A stretch of DNA of 64,000 nt from assembly GCA_030141605.1 (NCBI GenBank), contig JAQGDQ010002367.1:868001-932000 (forward strand), written 5' to 3'. Of this stretch, positions 37,801 to 48,547 are shown in pieces. The notes below the pieces were generated by a model. The model ran no database searches. It was not told the DNA's origin and was given only the letters and a program-made list of their open reading frames with translations. A program made the translations under genes and the position numbers. Within the stretch, counting starts at the first letter, position 1. Every line of letters starts with the position of its first letter. The DNA is from Tubiluchus corallicola (lineage: Eukaryota > Animalia > Priapulida).

Positions 37801-40792
37801 ACTGAGCAGCTAATTTTTTTATGAAACCAATGTGACAACGTCATAATCGTCGTCATTGGCTGATGAATATATATTTCGCATTTTTTGTTACGTCACTTAT
37901 CTGTTGAAGTCTGTTTTTTCTGAACGCTTGATTTTTTAATACCAGTCATGTTTCCTGTTAAAGCTAGTGGTGAGGTCGCAGAGCATCTAAATATGTGATC
38001 AGCTGTCCACCTGTTGGTTTCTTCCCAGATATTAGTGCTTGATGTAATGCTGTAATAAGTGGAGAATCCTGTGGTAATCTAATGACATGTCAATCCATCT
38101 AAGCCGCTCTACTGTATGACCTCAATCCATTCCTTCGTCTTTGTTAAATCATATAGATCCTTGATTTGAAATTTGATGTTAAATATAACATGGCCAAAGA
38201 AAATTTCAAATCATGGAATTCATTGTTTCATAAATAGCTTATCGGAGTAACTTTGTTGTGACGTCACAGTATTAAGAACTGATAAAAATTTATTACAGAA
38301 ACAACAGCAACAAGAATGAGAATGATAACAACGTTAAGCTGAAAACGGGTTTCTTTATAAAGTTGCTAAGCCAGCGAGTAACCCCAAAAATGCTGTTTTA
38401 TCGTCCACCTAGAACTCTCTTTTTATTTAGTAAAGGAAAAATGAGCTCATTTTTACAGCTATGTTACTGCTAGGCAGCTAGTGTCTACCGCTGCCCGTTG
38501 GTCTATTACCTTGCTCAAGCGGTTTTATAAACCAAGCATTACCAAGTACTCATAATGCTAATGAGCTTTCGTCTTAGTACATGATGGTCCTTAGTTCTCT
38601 AATGTAGCACTAATATACATTCAGATCCTCTATAATTTAGGCAAGAGAAAGCTTTCAGAAATTCAGACGCCGAAATCCCAATGCTGACGAAATTGTGCCA
38701 ATAATACACTGGCAATAACCAGCGTATATTTAACTTATTAGTCCTAACCATTACGCTACCTGATTATTTTGTTAGAAAATACGATGCTCATGCTGTTGGA
38801 TGAATCACTACGCAGCGTAAATTGCTCCAAGGCAGTTTTTTTGTCGAATTCGAGATTTTCGACGGAATTTTTTTCCAGTCAAATTTTCATCAGCGAAAAT
38901 CTTGCTAATACGCCTGCAGGCGATTCTGCGTAATTTACTGCGTATTGTCTGTTTTAGTTAATTTAGTTATTGCTTATTTATTGCCACTAGATTGTACCTG
39001 ATTGTACAAGTTTGAGCTTATAATCGTAATGTACTGCATTATCAACTCGAAAGGCGGTTTTCTTTTTTTTATTAGCTCCTTAGGTATTGTGAAAAATTTT
39101 ACTAAAGAGAGTTTTCTTACAAATCAGTCGGAAATGAAAAGTATGCAGTGATTTTGAACACGTGTAGTGCACCAAATAGATTTGTTGAAAGGAATGAAAA
39201 GTTGAGTGGTCAGTGCCTATCGAGTCGTTTACGGAACTAATACACGAGACTTAATTATCACTATATACAGGCAACAAAAAATATTAAAAAATTTTCAATC
39301 AAATATAATGGTCCTTGCGTATAGACTTCTCCACAAAAGTTCAGCGGATGTGTTAAAACATCATTTTTTGTACCGTACTTCAGTTTACATCGTAATTATG
39401 AAATGCTATTAACACTCACTATAACTCTTTCTAACTATCAGTAACATGTTGTAAAATTTTTTTTTAAATAGTAATTCTAGTGGCCTAATGTAGGCTTGCT
39501 TCCTAGGTCTCTAGCGCTAAATTTAATAACGTATCTTAATTTTGTTGTAAAAACTACAATTTGATTTTATGTATTTACTTGTGATGTAAAAGTATCTGTT
39601 TATCTTACGGAATAAATCAGTTCAATTGAAAATTTAAAAATCATTCAGTTTAATAGTAGGTAGCACCATGTGCTTTAAGGATATTAGTCAATATAAAAAC
39701 CAGGAGAGCTTGCAAAGAAAAATGGCTGGCAGGTTGTTAATTTCGACTAAGAACAATGATTGTTAGTTTTTCTCAATCAAATTAAAATACGAAAAAAGGC
39801 ATCTCTTATTCGCATAATTGCTATTCCCAGTCAAATTCACAGTCCTGCTTTGAAACTACCACAATGGTTGCCTGTTTCGTTTTTCAAATTACACTACTTT
39901 GTATGCCGTACAACCATTATTCCTCAGTGTACAGTGCGCATGCGTACTAGTATCAAGCACTTTTACCTAATCTCGCACATAATCCATGGAGAACTCTTGT
40001 TTGGCTAAATAAATGAAACCCGTAAATTTGAAAGTTTAAAATTTTGCTGTAGCTACACGTCTGGTGAATTTGCCGTAAAATCACTAAAATGATTAACGAC
40101 TCTACTCGGCCACTCACTTAATGTCGTTTAGCGACTCGGGCGGTGAAAATGGATACGCTTTTACTGGGATATAATTTTGATGAATCGGTTTACACTTTTG
40201 TAAGAATTTATTATACTCTAGCGGTTAAATATTGCTGTATAGTGCAAAAGGAATTTATTAATCTAAAGTTCTCCTGTAACACTGTTGAAAGTTAATAATG
40301 GATTAATATTCAAATGTTTTCTCGTTTATTAAAATATATACACATATTTTATGCTTACGTCATGTTCATTTCTTATCTAACGAACGAACTGAATTAGTTC
40401 ACGATGTTACAAGTTACAGCGGAGATTCACAAATTATTCGCTGATCTGCAGGTTTGCAATACATAAACAAGCCCAAAGAGTCATAGAATGCGTATCTGTA
40501 ATAATGCCATTAAAGGACTTTTTAATCTTCCTAGTTGCTGCAGTGCAAGCCAAATGCATGTTAGCTATAATGTATCTCGTTTTTCCTGATCTGTGTTTAA
40601 TCTCAGAAGTAGACTTTTTTGAGTCAGAATATAATTTTAGATCGAACATTTTTAAGTCGTGGCAAAGAATTTTATATGCCCATTCTAACTAACTCTTTCT
40701 TATACATATAAGATTACCATATTTCTATGTACTAACTTTGTGCGTTTTTTACTTGTGCTTTATTTTATTCTTGAATTTTTTTGGACTTTAAA

Positions 40793-40805
40793 AATAATAA
40801 TAATA

Positions 40806-40878
<73 letters not shown>

Positions 40879-41985
40879 TAATAATAATACTAGTAATAAT
40901 AATAGTCCGACAAGGAGATATAATTGTACGACGTATTTACAACTTGTTGTCGTTGTATTTCCTGCCTATACGTCTTGATAGAGTGGTACGTCGTACTTTT
41001 GTTGACTCCAAGAACTCCTATCCGCTACTGCTGGCTGCAACGGCACCGTCCTTCAAATCTAATCATATTTGAAAAATCCTTTTGCATTTTATCTATATAC
41101 GTCAGTAGCTGTCCTTTTCTCGGTTTTTTAGACATTCTTGGCACGGATTCTATCCAGTGCAGTCTTTTGACTTGGGTTAGCTTGCTCTTTCTTAACCACA
41201 TCATATAGATCATCATTGGATATTCTGTAAGGGAATTTGATACCTAATAGCTTCCTGCTTCCTATAGAGATGTCTTTGAAAAGCTTCTACTTCAATTTTC
41301 TTTTGTTGTTTAGTTTTTCTTGTCTATAATTCAACTTTACAGTCTAGAAAAATCAGTCTGGTTCAACTAAAGTTGTTAAGATCCGCACTTTCATTTCAAT
41401 GGAGAGTCTATTGTTTTCGAAAACCTTTGTGACATCTGAATAAGCAGACACTGTCACTATTTTCCTGCGTTGGTGTCTAACAAGTTACAAAGATATCTAC
41501 ATTTTTTCCAGCGAATTGTCACCGCAACGCTGAATGTCACAGAATGTGATAATATTACTTCTTCCCATTATTAACGTTGAGATTATATTTTTCTAAGCGC
41601 CTGCCAATCGTGTGTATAACATTCTAGCTCTTCTTTATTTGTTGTAATATATGGATTATATATTCGGGATTAAAGATGAAAGTTTTCCAATTGTAATTAT
41701 GTTGAATTAGTAAAACTGGTCTGACGGGTGCTAGATTAAGATTTGTGTTGGTACGATCCTTCGTTTCTTTTCAAAGTGTGTAGTCACTATTCGTAATAGC
41801 CATAGTACAGAGCTCAAACAATCGCCTCATGGAACGCCGATGTTGGAAGCAAATGCTGTGCCCATCTTTCATTCGTTTCGCATCTTACACATCTGGAAAG
41901 GTACCAGAAATAGATACTTCAGCTGTAAATAAACTGATATAATTTATGGAAATGTCTGATTGTTGATGAATGATTATGATTGAAT
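40793..41985 (-). mobile_element. Dead RTE-clade LINE, 3' part (RT domain 4 through the C-terminus) with (TTA)n tail
   Basis: Minus-strand peptides in order: FASNIGVP*GDCLS (41811-41855), LEKYNLNVN, WKKCRYLCNLLDT (41470-41510), KVRILTTLVEP, EAFQR, KLLGIKFPYRISNDDLY (41203-41253), TYIDKMQKDF. Many stops and frameshifts. The 40793-40903 microsatellite sits at the 3' end. Confidence 0.82.
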
Positions 41986-41987
41986 TA

Positions 41988-42735
41988 AGAATCCAGGCAA
42001 CGGTCAAGCTCAACCCACTCCAGAGAGCCTTCCAACCAAGAGACGGCTGTTCCGAAAACCTGACTCTCCTAAACACCGTGATTCGGCATGCCCGAGCAAG
42101 TCATAGGGAATTAAACATCGCATTCCTCGACTTAGCAAAGGCGTTCGACACGGTTCCTCACACCTCGATCGTGAGGGCAATGAGAAGGTTCGGCCTTCCA
42201 GAGCAGGTTCAGCAAATCATTGGGGATATGTATACGGGTGCTGCTACACGGATATCGATACCGGAAGCAAATACCCGCCGTATTAGCATCACGTCAGGTG
42301 TTAAGCAGGGATGCCCGCTATCACCCCTGCTTTTCAACCTGGTAATCGACGAACTGATGTCGAAAGTCGGTTCTAGATTTGGCTATGGGATCGACGAGCA
42401 CCAAGTGGCTATAGTTGGTTTTGCCGACGACCTAGTCCTAATGTCAGGCTCAAAACATGGCATGGGAGTTTTGTTGGAGACAGCCAATGGCTTCTTCACG
42501 AAACGAGGCATGGCTTTAAACGCCAACAAATGCAAAGCCATGAGACTAGTCAAGGCATACCGGCGAAAGGCTATGAAAGTGCTAATAGAACCCACATGGG
42601 AGATCAGCCAGACTCCTATTCCAATGCTGGGAGTCAGTGACGCATACAAATACCTGGGAATTCCTATGACTGCTAAGGGACGACCCACCATGGACACCAA
42701 GTCCCTTAAAGCATGGCTTATAAGAGTGGAAGGGG
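41988..42735 (+). CDS. R2-like ORF part 1: reverse transcriptase (5'-truncated; frameshift near 42730)
   Basis: QRAF..DGCSEN, FLDLAKAFDTVPH, GVKQGCPLSPLLFN, GFADD, LNANKC, YKYLG. The ORF-track start MIMIEL is flanking DNA. Confidence 0.92.
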
Positions 42736-44162
42736 ACCACTCAAACCTCAACAAAAGGTGGATATGATCAGACAATATGTGATTCCGCGTCTGACATACC
42801 ACTTCCGTATATGTGAGGTTCATATGAATGGCCTCAAGGGAGCAGACAGGCTTATAAGATCAAGCCTAAAACGTATACTTCATATGGCGACGGATGTCCC
42901 GAATGCATTCTTCTACATGCCAATGAAGAAGGGAGGGCTGGGATTTTCTTGTCTTGAAAAGGATGTTCCTTTGATGAAAGTCAAGATGCTCAGCCGATTG
43001 CAGGCCTCACCAGATCCGCTGGTGAACATGAGTGCATCTGCTCCAGTGTGGAATAGGGAGCTTGCGTGGGCTAAGAGGGTGGCGAGCCTCGAAGCCTACA
43101 GTAACGCAAAAGACATAAATCGTGCAAAAAGGGATAACGATCGCAAACATCTATCGGCATTCAATGGTAAAGTGCATGGGAAGGGTTTTGCAGCCGTGTC
43201 TGCTGACCCACTGAGTACCCATTACCTACGTAGCAGCACACTCCTGAGCGGGGGTGATTATATCTTGCTTCTCAAGATGATCACCAACTCTCTACCAGTT
43301 AGAATTAACATCACGAGAGGACAACCCAATGCAATCAGGAGATGTCGCAGGTGCGGGAGACATGCAGAGAGTCAGGTTCACGTACTTCAACAGTGCATAA
43401 CAGTAAACAATGCCATATCACGAAGGCACAATGCACTGTGCGAGGTGCTCGCCGAAGCCTTGAAGGGGCAGGGCTTTACGGTCGTCAGGGAACCTTGGTT
43501 CGAGATCAACAGAACAAGGTACCACCCAGACATCCTGGCGACCAAAGGTGGTCATACGTACGTTATCGATCCGACCATCTCGGCAGCAGGAAACATCTAC
43601 TCGCTTAGGGCCAGGTGCAGGGACAAGGCCCTGAAGTACGAACCGATCCTCGATGCCGTCAAACAGCGGTGCGGCTCTGCCACTGCCTCGTCGCACGGCA
43701 TCTGTGTGGGCTTTCGTGGGGAATGGGCAGGAGGAGAGAACGACGTTCTCCTGAAGACACTTTGTCTTCTGAACGTCAGAGCCAAACTAGTCCGCTCGGC
43801 GATTAGAGGCTCATGTATGGTGTTTAGAAAGTTCCTGGGAAGGCAAAGGAGGGAGACCTAGGTCATCTCCTGCGCAGGATGTCACTCGAGTTCTTACATC
43901 CAAACGTGTGAAAGGTTTATACCTAGGGGAAATCCGACTACTCTATGAGTAGCCGGTGGATACCGTACCTTTACGGTATCGAAAAGGCGAGTTTTGTTGG
44001 GTCTGGAGAAATCCAGTTCCCACGGAATTGACGGATGCCGTATCTTTATGGAAGAATTTGGAATTTGGCAAGTTTGACTCGAGTCAAAGGGCAACACACA
44101 GATGAACAGATCCGACGCCTGTGAAATCTGACAAAATAAAAAAAAAATAAAATAAAATAAAA
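41991..44162 (+). mobile_element. 5'-truncated R2-clade (RLE) non-LTR retrotransposon, young, outside rDNA
   Basis: GC-richer than its flanks. RT + CCHC + PD..D..K endonuclease, ~270-nt 3' UTR, A-rich (AAATA)n tail at ~44133-44162, possible short TSD TAAGA (41986-41990 / 44163-44167). Confidence 0.93.
42731..43861 (+). CDS. R2-like ORF part 2: thumb, CCHC zinc knuckle, restriction-like endonuclease
   Basis: PLKPQQK...IPRL, KGGLG, CRRC-x8-H-x4-C, RHN, EP...PDI...VIDPTI...KALKY. TAG at 43859-43861. Confidence 0.92.
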   Translation, partial: RGPLKPQQKVDMIRQYVIPRLTYHFRICEVHMNGLKGADRLIRSSLKRILHMATDVPNAFFYMPMKKGGLGFSCLEKDVPLMKVKMLSRLQASPDPLVNMSASAPVWNRELAWAKRVASLEAYSNAKDINRAKRDNDRKHLSAFNGKVHGKGFAAVSADPLSTHYLRSSTLLSGGDYILLLKMITNSLPVRINITRGQPNAIRRCRRCGRHAESQVHVLQQCITVNNAISRRHNALCEVLAEALKGQGFTVVREPWFEINRTRYHPDILATKGGHTYVIDPTISAAGNIYSLRARCRDKALKYEPILDAVKQRCGSATASSHGICVGFRGEWAGGENDVLLKTLCLLNVRAKLVRSAIRGSCMVFRKFLGRQRRET

Positions 44163-45732
44163 TAAGACCTGTCATGATCACAAGGGACTGAGTGGTCTTT
44201 GTGTTGATCTTATATTCAAAGGGTTCTCTAGTTCAAATCTAAACTCATTCCAACTCATTTTCACATTTCCTTCTTTTGAGCAGCTTTTATTTTAAAAACT
44301 TAATAATTTTATTTTATACCATCATTGGCTACTAATAAAGTTGATGTCATATAACAGCAATTTACCAAACCTTGTGGCTAATTTAGTATTTATGCTTTAT
44401 TATTCATATTTCATCTATATAAATTGCTTTACTTTACTACCAGTAATAGCGTAAAAACTCAGCATTAATATCTTCTCTGTAGCAAATGTGCGGCATAGGA
44501 TCATTAAACTGCCTATACGGCAATGAAAATCATTTTGAATAAAACAACAGTAATAACTTTCAATTATTTTATATGGCAGTGAATCATGCCTGTGCCATTA
44601 TTATAAAACCCAATTATAATGACGAAAATTGCGATTAACTTGATGAGAATTTTCAAGCTGTCTCTTGAAGCCTCATTCGTAAATCAGGTCATTACAAATT
44701 TATCAATAAGTATTAAAGGAGCGCCATCTATTAAGGTCATGCGTAATTTCATAAAACATCACAGGGCCGACAGCAATCAATATCATTCGTGATTTGAATG
44801 ATTATGTGACAGTTTGCAAACTTAGGTTTTATCCCTGAAACGTTTAAATACCAGACACTTTTACCACTTTACAAATGCGCAATTAGTTGTATTAAAAGTT
44901 CGCGGAACTCTGTTTTAGTCTATGTTGGATAGTTGGACGCATGTATACCGATGGAAGAACATCTTGACAGACTGACAAATAGACGGGTGGACAGGCAGAC
45001 TAGCAGATAATAAGTAGATAGTCAATCAGACAAACAGCTCTATAGTAAATGACGAAAAAGAGAAAGTAGTAGGTCATGATGTCGCCAGGCTCTACTGTGG
45101 CCCTGGATGTCGGTCAAGGTATCCAAAGGTGATATTTGAAATTATATAAATAGTATACAGTGAATGGGATTGCACTTATTTTATTGGGTAATTACAGCAT
45201 TTCACCAAGCCACACTATTTGGGTTCAGTGTCGTCTATTTCAGAATCTAAAATCTGTGATGCATCGTGCGTTTTTTTCTGTATCCCAGATGAATATTATT
45301 AGCAAAAGGGAGTGAAGTTCTGAAAGCTCCAGATCGTGATCGAGCTTAGAGGTCGCCCAATAATATAAGTTGGTAGATTGGGAGTGGGAAACTCTTGCAA
45401 TGAGTCTATACGCATTTTCTCATGAGATAGCTTCAAAATCTCACGAAATATCTGCATAGTTCAAAAAGTTTCAAGCCTTTACTATTCTGTTCTACCAGCC
45501 AACTTTAACTATTAAATATTATTTTTGTTCTTCTTAACTTGGTGACTTGATGAGGAATCTTGCATTATGTTTCTGTATATGCGTATTTTTTCAGTTAACA
45601 CTGCTTACAATTCCATTTTCATAATTTCGTTAAGCCTGGTTCACACTCGTCGGAACGAGCAGCAGATGATGTGCAACGTCGACTTTGCAAAACCACAGTT
45701 ACGAAAAATAACAATTTCGTTTTTTCCCACAG

Positions 45733-45830
45733 GTGATGCAGCCATCGCAGAAGAGTATGAAAGGATAAAACTTCACCCATACAAATCCTACAGGGATGTA
45801 GAGATGATTCACTACAGCGTCCCACCTCAG
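45733..45830 (+). CDS. PGAP6: PGAP6/TMEM8 exon (GDAAIAEEYERIKLHPYKSYRDVEMIHYSVPPQ)
   Basis: tttttcccacag acceptor, gtaagt donor, phase 1-0. Matches the TMEM8 N-terminal YxxY..F/YxVPP. Confidence 0.85.
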
Positions 45831-46231
45831 GTAAGTATTTAAATTCTTTACTATGTTCTAAAATGTTTCGTGAATTCAGCACATTCGAGGTGTAATGTGA
45901 ATAAAGTTCCCCGCTAAACTATATCATGTTTTCAGCAAGAAATGTATATTCAAGCCTATATAAATCTATCGTGAATTCGTAGCTTATGAAAAATGGAAAC
46001 AATGCTGAGGGTAAAACCATGTAGATTTCACTGCATCACAACTGACTGCTTCGTCTGTCTCCTTTCACTCTATGAGAAAATGCCCATAGGAAGAATGCCT
46101 GCATTTTGTTGTTTTCGAGCCCATTGACAAGTTAGAAAATAGCTGTCATCTCTCTTCAGCTAATATTAAAACTGTATTCCCTAACCACAGTTGTGGCGTA
46201 ACGCGCTTCTCTTTTTTCTATTTATCCCCTA

Positions 46232-46232
46232 C

Positions 46233-46328
<96 letters not shown>

Positions 46329-46345
46329 CTCTCTTTCTCTCTCTC
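46232..46345. repeat. (CT)n microsatellite
   Basis: Seen directly in the sequence. Confidence 0.95.
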
Positions 46346-48322
46346 CTTTTCTCAGCTTCTTCCTTCCTCTATGTTCGGGAATGAGAGAAAAAGTGGGTAC
46401 GACAAAAACAGGTAGTCACTGAAAATGATATGGGGAAAAAGAATTGAGACGGCAGGGTGAAGTGGGGGACAGGAGGAGAGACTGCTTATCCTTTGCTTAT
46501 CCAGCGCTCCCTCTATCTTTGCCTAGTGTTTTCGTCTTCTAATACTTCAGTTCTTAAAAAGGCGTGCATTTTCTGGTTCATAGCACTTATACCATTCATA
46601 TGGCGATGGACTTGAGTCTTTCTAAGCTCAAAAAGCGTAATTGAATTTGACGATGAACGTAGCTATATTTAAATGTGCAGCAGGATGCTTGCGAGCAGTT
46701 GCTACCCTGTGAATTTTACATTGCAGTCGCGTAAATTGTTTTAGGTCTCATAAAGAATCTGCGAATTCGCAATTTCGTGTTTCGTTTGTGTATTTGTCAG
46801 CAACGTTTTTTCATTCTAACCCATTCAGCTCTCGTGGACTGTAATCTGCTCGCAATCAAGATGCCCAGTCTTGCAGCTCGCGTGGAGAGTTTATGAGCTT
46901 GCAATCAAGATACCCAAACTTGCAGCTAATTTCCAACATTTTGCTAGCGATGAATCAGCCAGGATTTCAATCAGAATTTGAGCAGCAGCATCTATTTACT
47001 CTGTGATGCGTTTTTACTTATTTGATTGCTTGGTTATTATGAGGCTTTCAGCAACCTCAGGTTTTATTATATAATTTCCATTAAAATGTAGTACCATATT
47101 AAACGCCAAGTGATACTGTGCTGTACATCAACTTGCATTGAATTTAAATGGCCTTTGGTCAGAAAGGATGTAGAGTTTAGAGCTATTGGCGTTTTTTTCC
47201 TGTTCTGCCTTCTCCATTGCCCATGATTTTTCATTACTTACTATAAAGATAGAAAAATTTCGGAAATTTGACCTTTGACCTTGAACAACCTAAGTAATTG
47301 ACAGTCGTTAATTATATTTGACTCAGTAACGATTGTCCCCCATATATGTTGCCTAAGTTTGGTAGCTCAACTCTGTAACAAAGTTTGTGTGGTAATTAGT
47401 CTTTGGCTTTAAACCACGTATTCAAGGTTACCCAAGTCTCATATAGGACTGCCTCCTAAATGGTCTAAAACCTCTTCGTCTTTTGCTGCCACAGGTTACG
47501 TATACTTAGTTTCCCAAATCTTTTTACTCTGTATTATCAATTTGCTGCAATTTGATGTTCACTGACTGACTAATTGAGTCACTCATTCGCATTGTTACTA
47601 AGAAGTCCAGATTAATGTTTGGAATTATATAAGTATGCCTTCTGTATAATTACTCTTCAAAAACACTCTCTTTTGCAATTTTTTCCTTTATTGTTATAAG
47701 TTTTTAAATTTTCGCGAAAATTATGTAAATATTGGTACATGTGCCTGTTATTGTTCACTCCTATTCCATTTTGCTTTTTTGTTCGTGAATTGTAAAACCT
47801 CTACAAACATCACTGTCTATGTAAATTCATATTATGTATCAATATTGCGCAAAGGTTTTGTGCAACGTTTCATCCGTAGGAAATTGCCCAGATCGCGTCT
47901 TTTGTAAAAGGTTATAAAACGTGTAACTGTCTTTATTTCAGAGTTATTACGCCTTGTCTGAAGGTTATGGCTGAAGGTTTTCTGCGTGCATATTTTCTAG
48001 ACCTTGTGAACGCGTCTTATGCGACGTTTCTGTAAAAGATCTTAAACTTGTGTTAGTTCTTTTTTGCAAGACGTTTGTCCCAGCTATACCAATAATAAAG
48101 AATTTCATTGAAGGTTCAAAGTGTATCTTGTAGACCAAAGCCGTGTTTATACTAGGAAGCGGATATGGAACGTTTCGCAGCTTTGGTGACCATGTCCACT
48201 TGTACACCCGTTTGCACGGTGCACTGATAACTAAATAGTGTGGATATGTGAACTTCCATTGCCTTTGCATCGTTAAAAACCCACTAAGAGCTTTTGCACG
48301 CAATGTGAATGAAGAAATGTCC

Positions 48323-48547
48323 TAATAATAACAACAACAATAATAACCTTTATTTAAAGTAGGTTTTAAATTCAACAGACAACACAAGCCTTACATGAGG
48401 CTTTTGTCGCCCACTGTACATAACAAGCTACACCTACACATAACAAAGATTATTATTACTACACTTTTACGGTAAATACCACTCACCAGGCCGGGCAACA
48501 GAATGTACCATTTTTTAAGATCTTCGGTATGACCCAGCCGCAGTACG
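48323..48547 (-). mobile_element. tRNA-derived SINE copy 2 (5'-truncated)
   Basis: Alignable with copies 1 and 3; short TTA/TTG tail. Confidence 0.75.

Noticed and set aside
40504-40692. MPLKDFLIFLVAAVQA as the PGAP6 signal-peptide exon
   Set aside because: No convincing phase-1 donor to join 45733.
40740-41072. Poly-Ile and poly-Asn ORFs (likewise poly-His at 20654 and 50416, Ser-Leu at 46191)
   Set aside because: Microsatellite translations.
42383-43806. Antisense and alternative-frame ORFs over the R2-like element
   Set aside because: Shadows of a GC-richer coding region with no recognisable motifs.
43950-43990. Hammerhead ribozyme in the R2 3' UTR (stem followed by GAAA)
   Set aside because: The CUGANGA core is missing (reads CCGGUGG) and stems I/III cannot be formed.
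41900-44300. R2 sitting in a 28S rDNA fragment, or Utopia in U2 snRNA
   Set aside because: The flanks show no extended rRNA or U2 identity, and the left flank reads as RTE RT on the minus strand.
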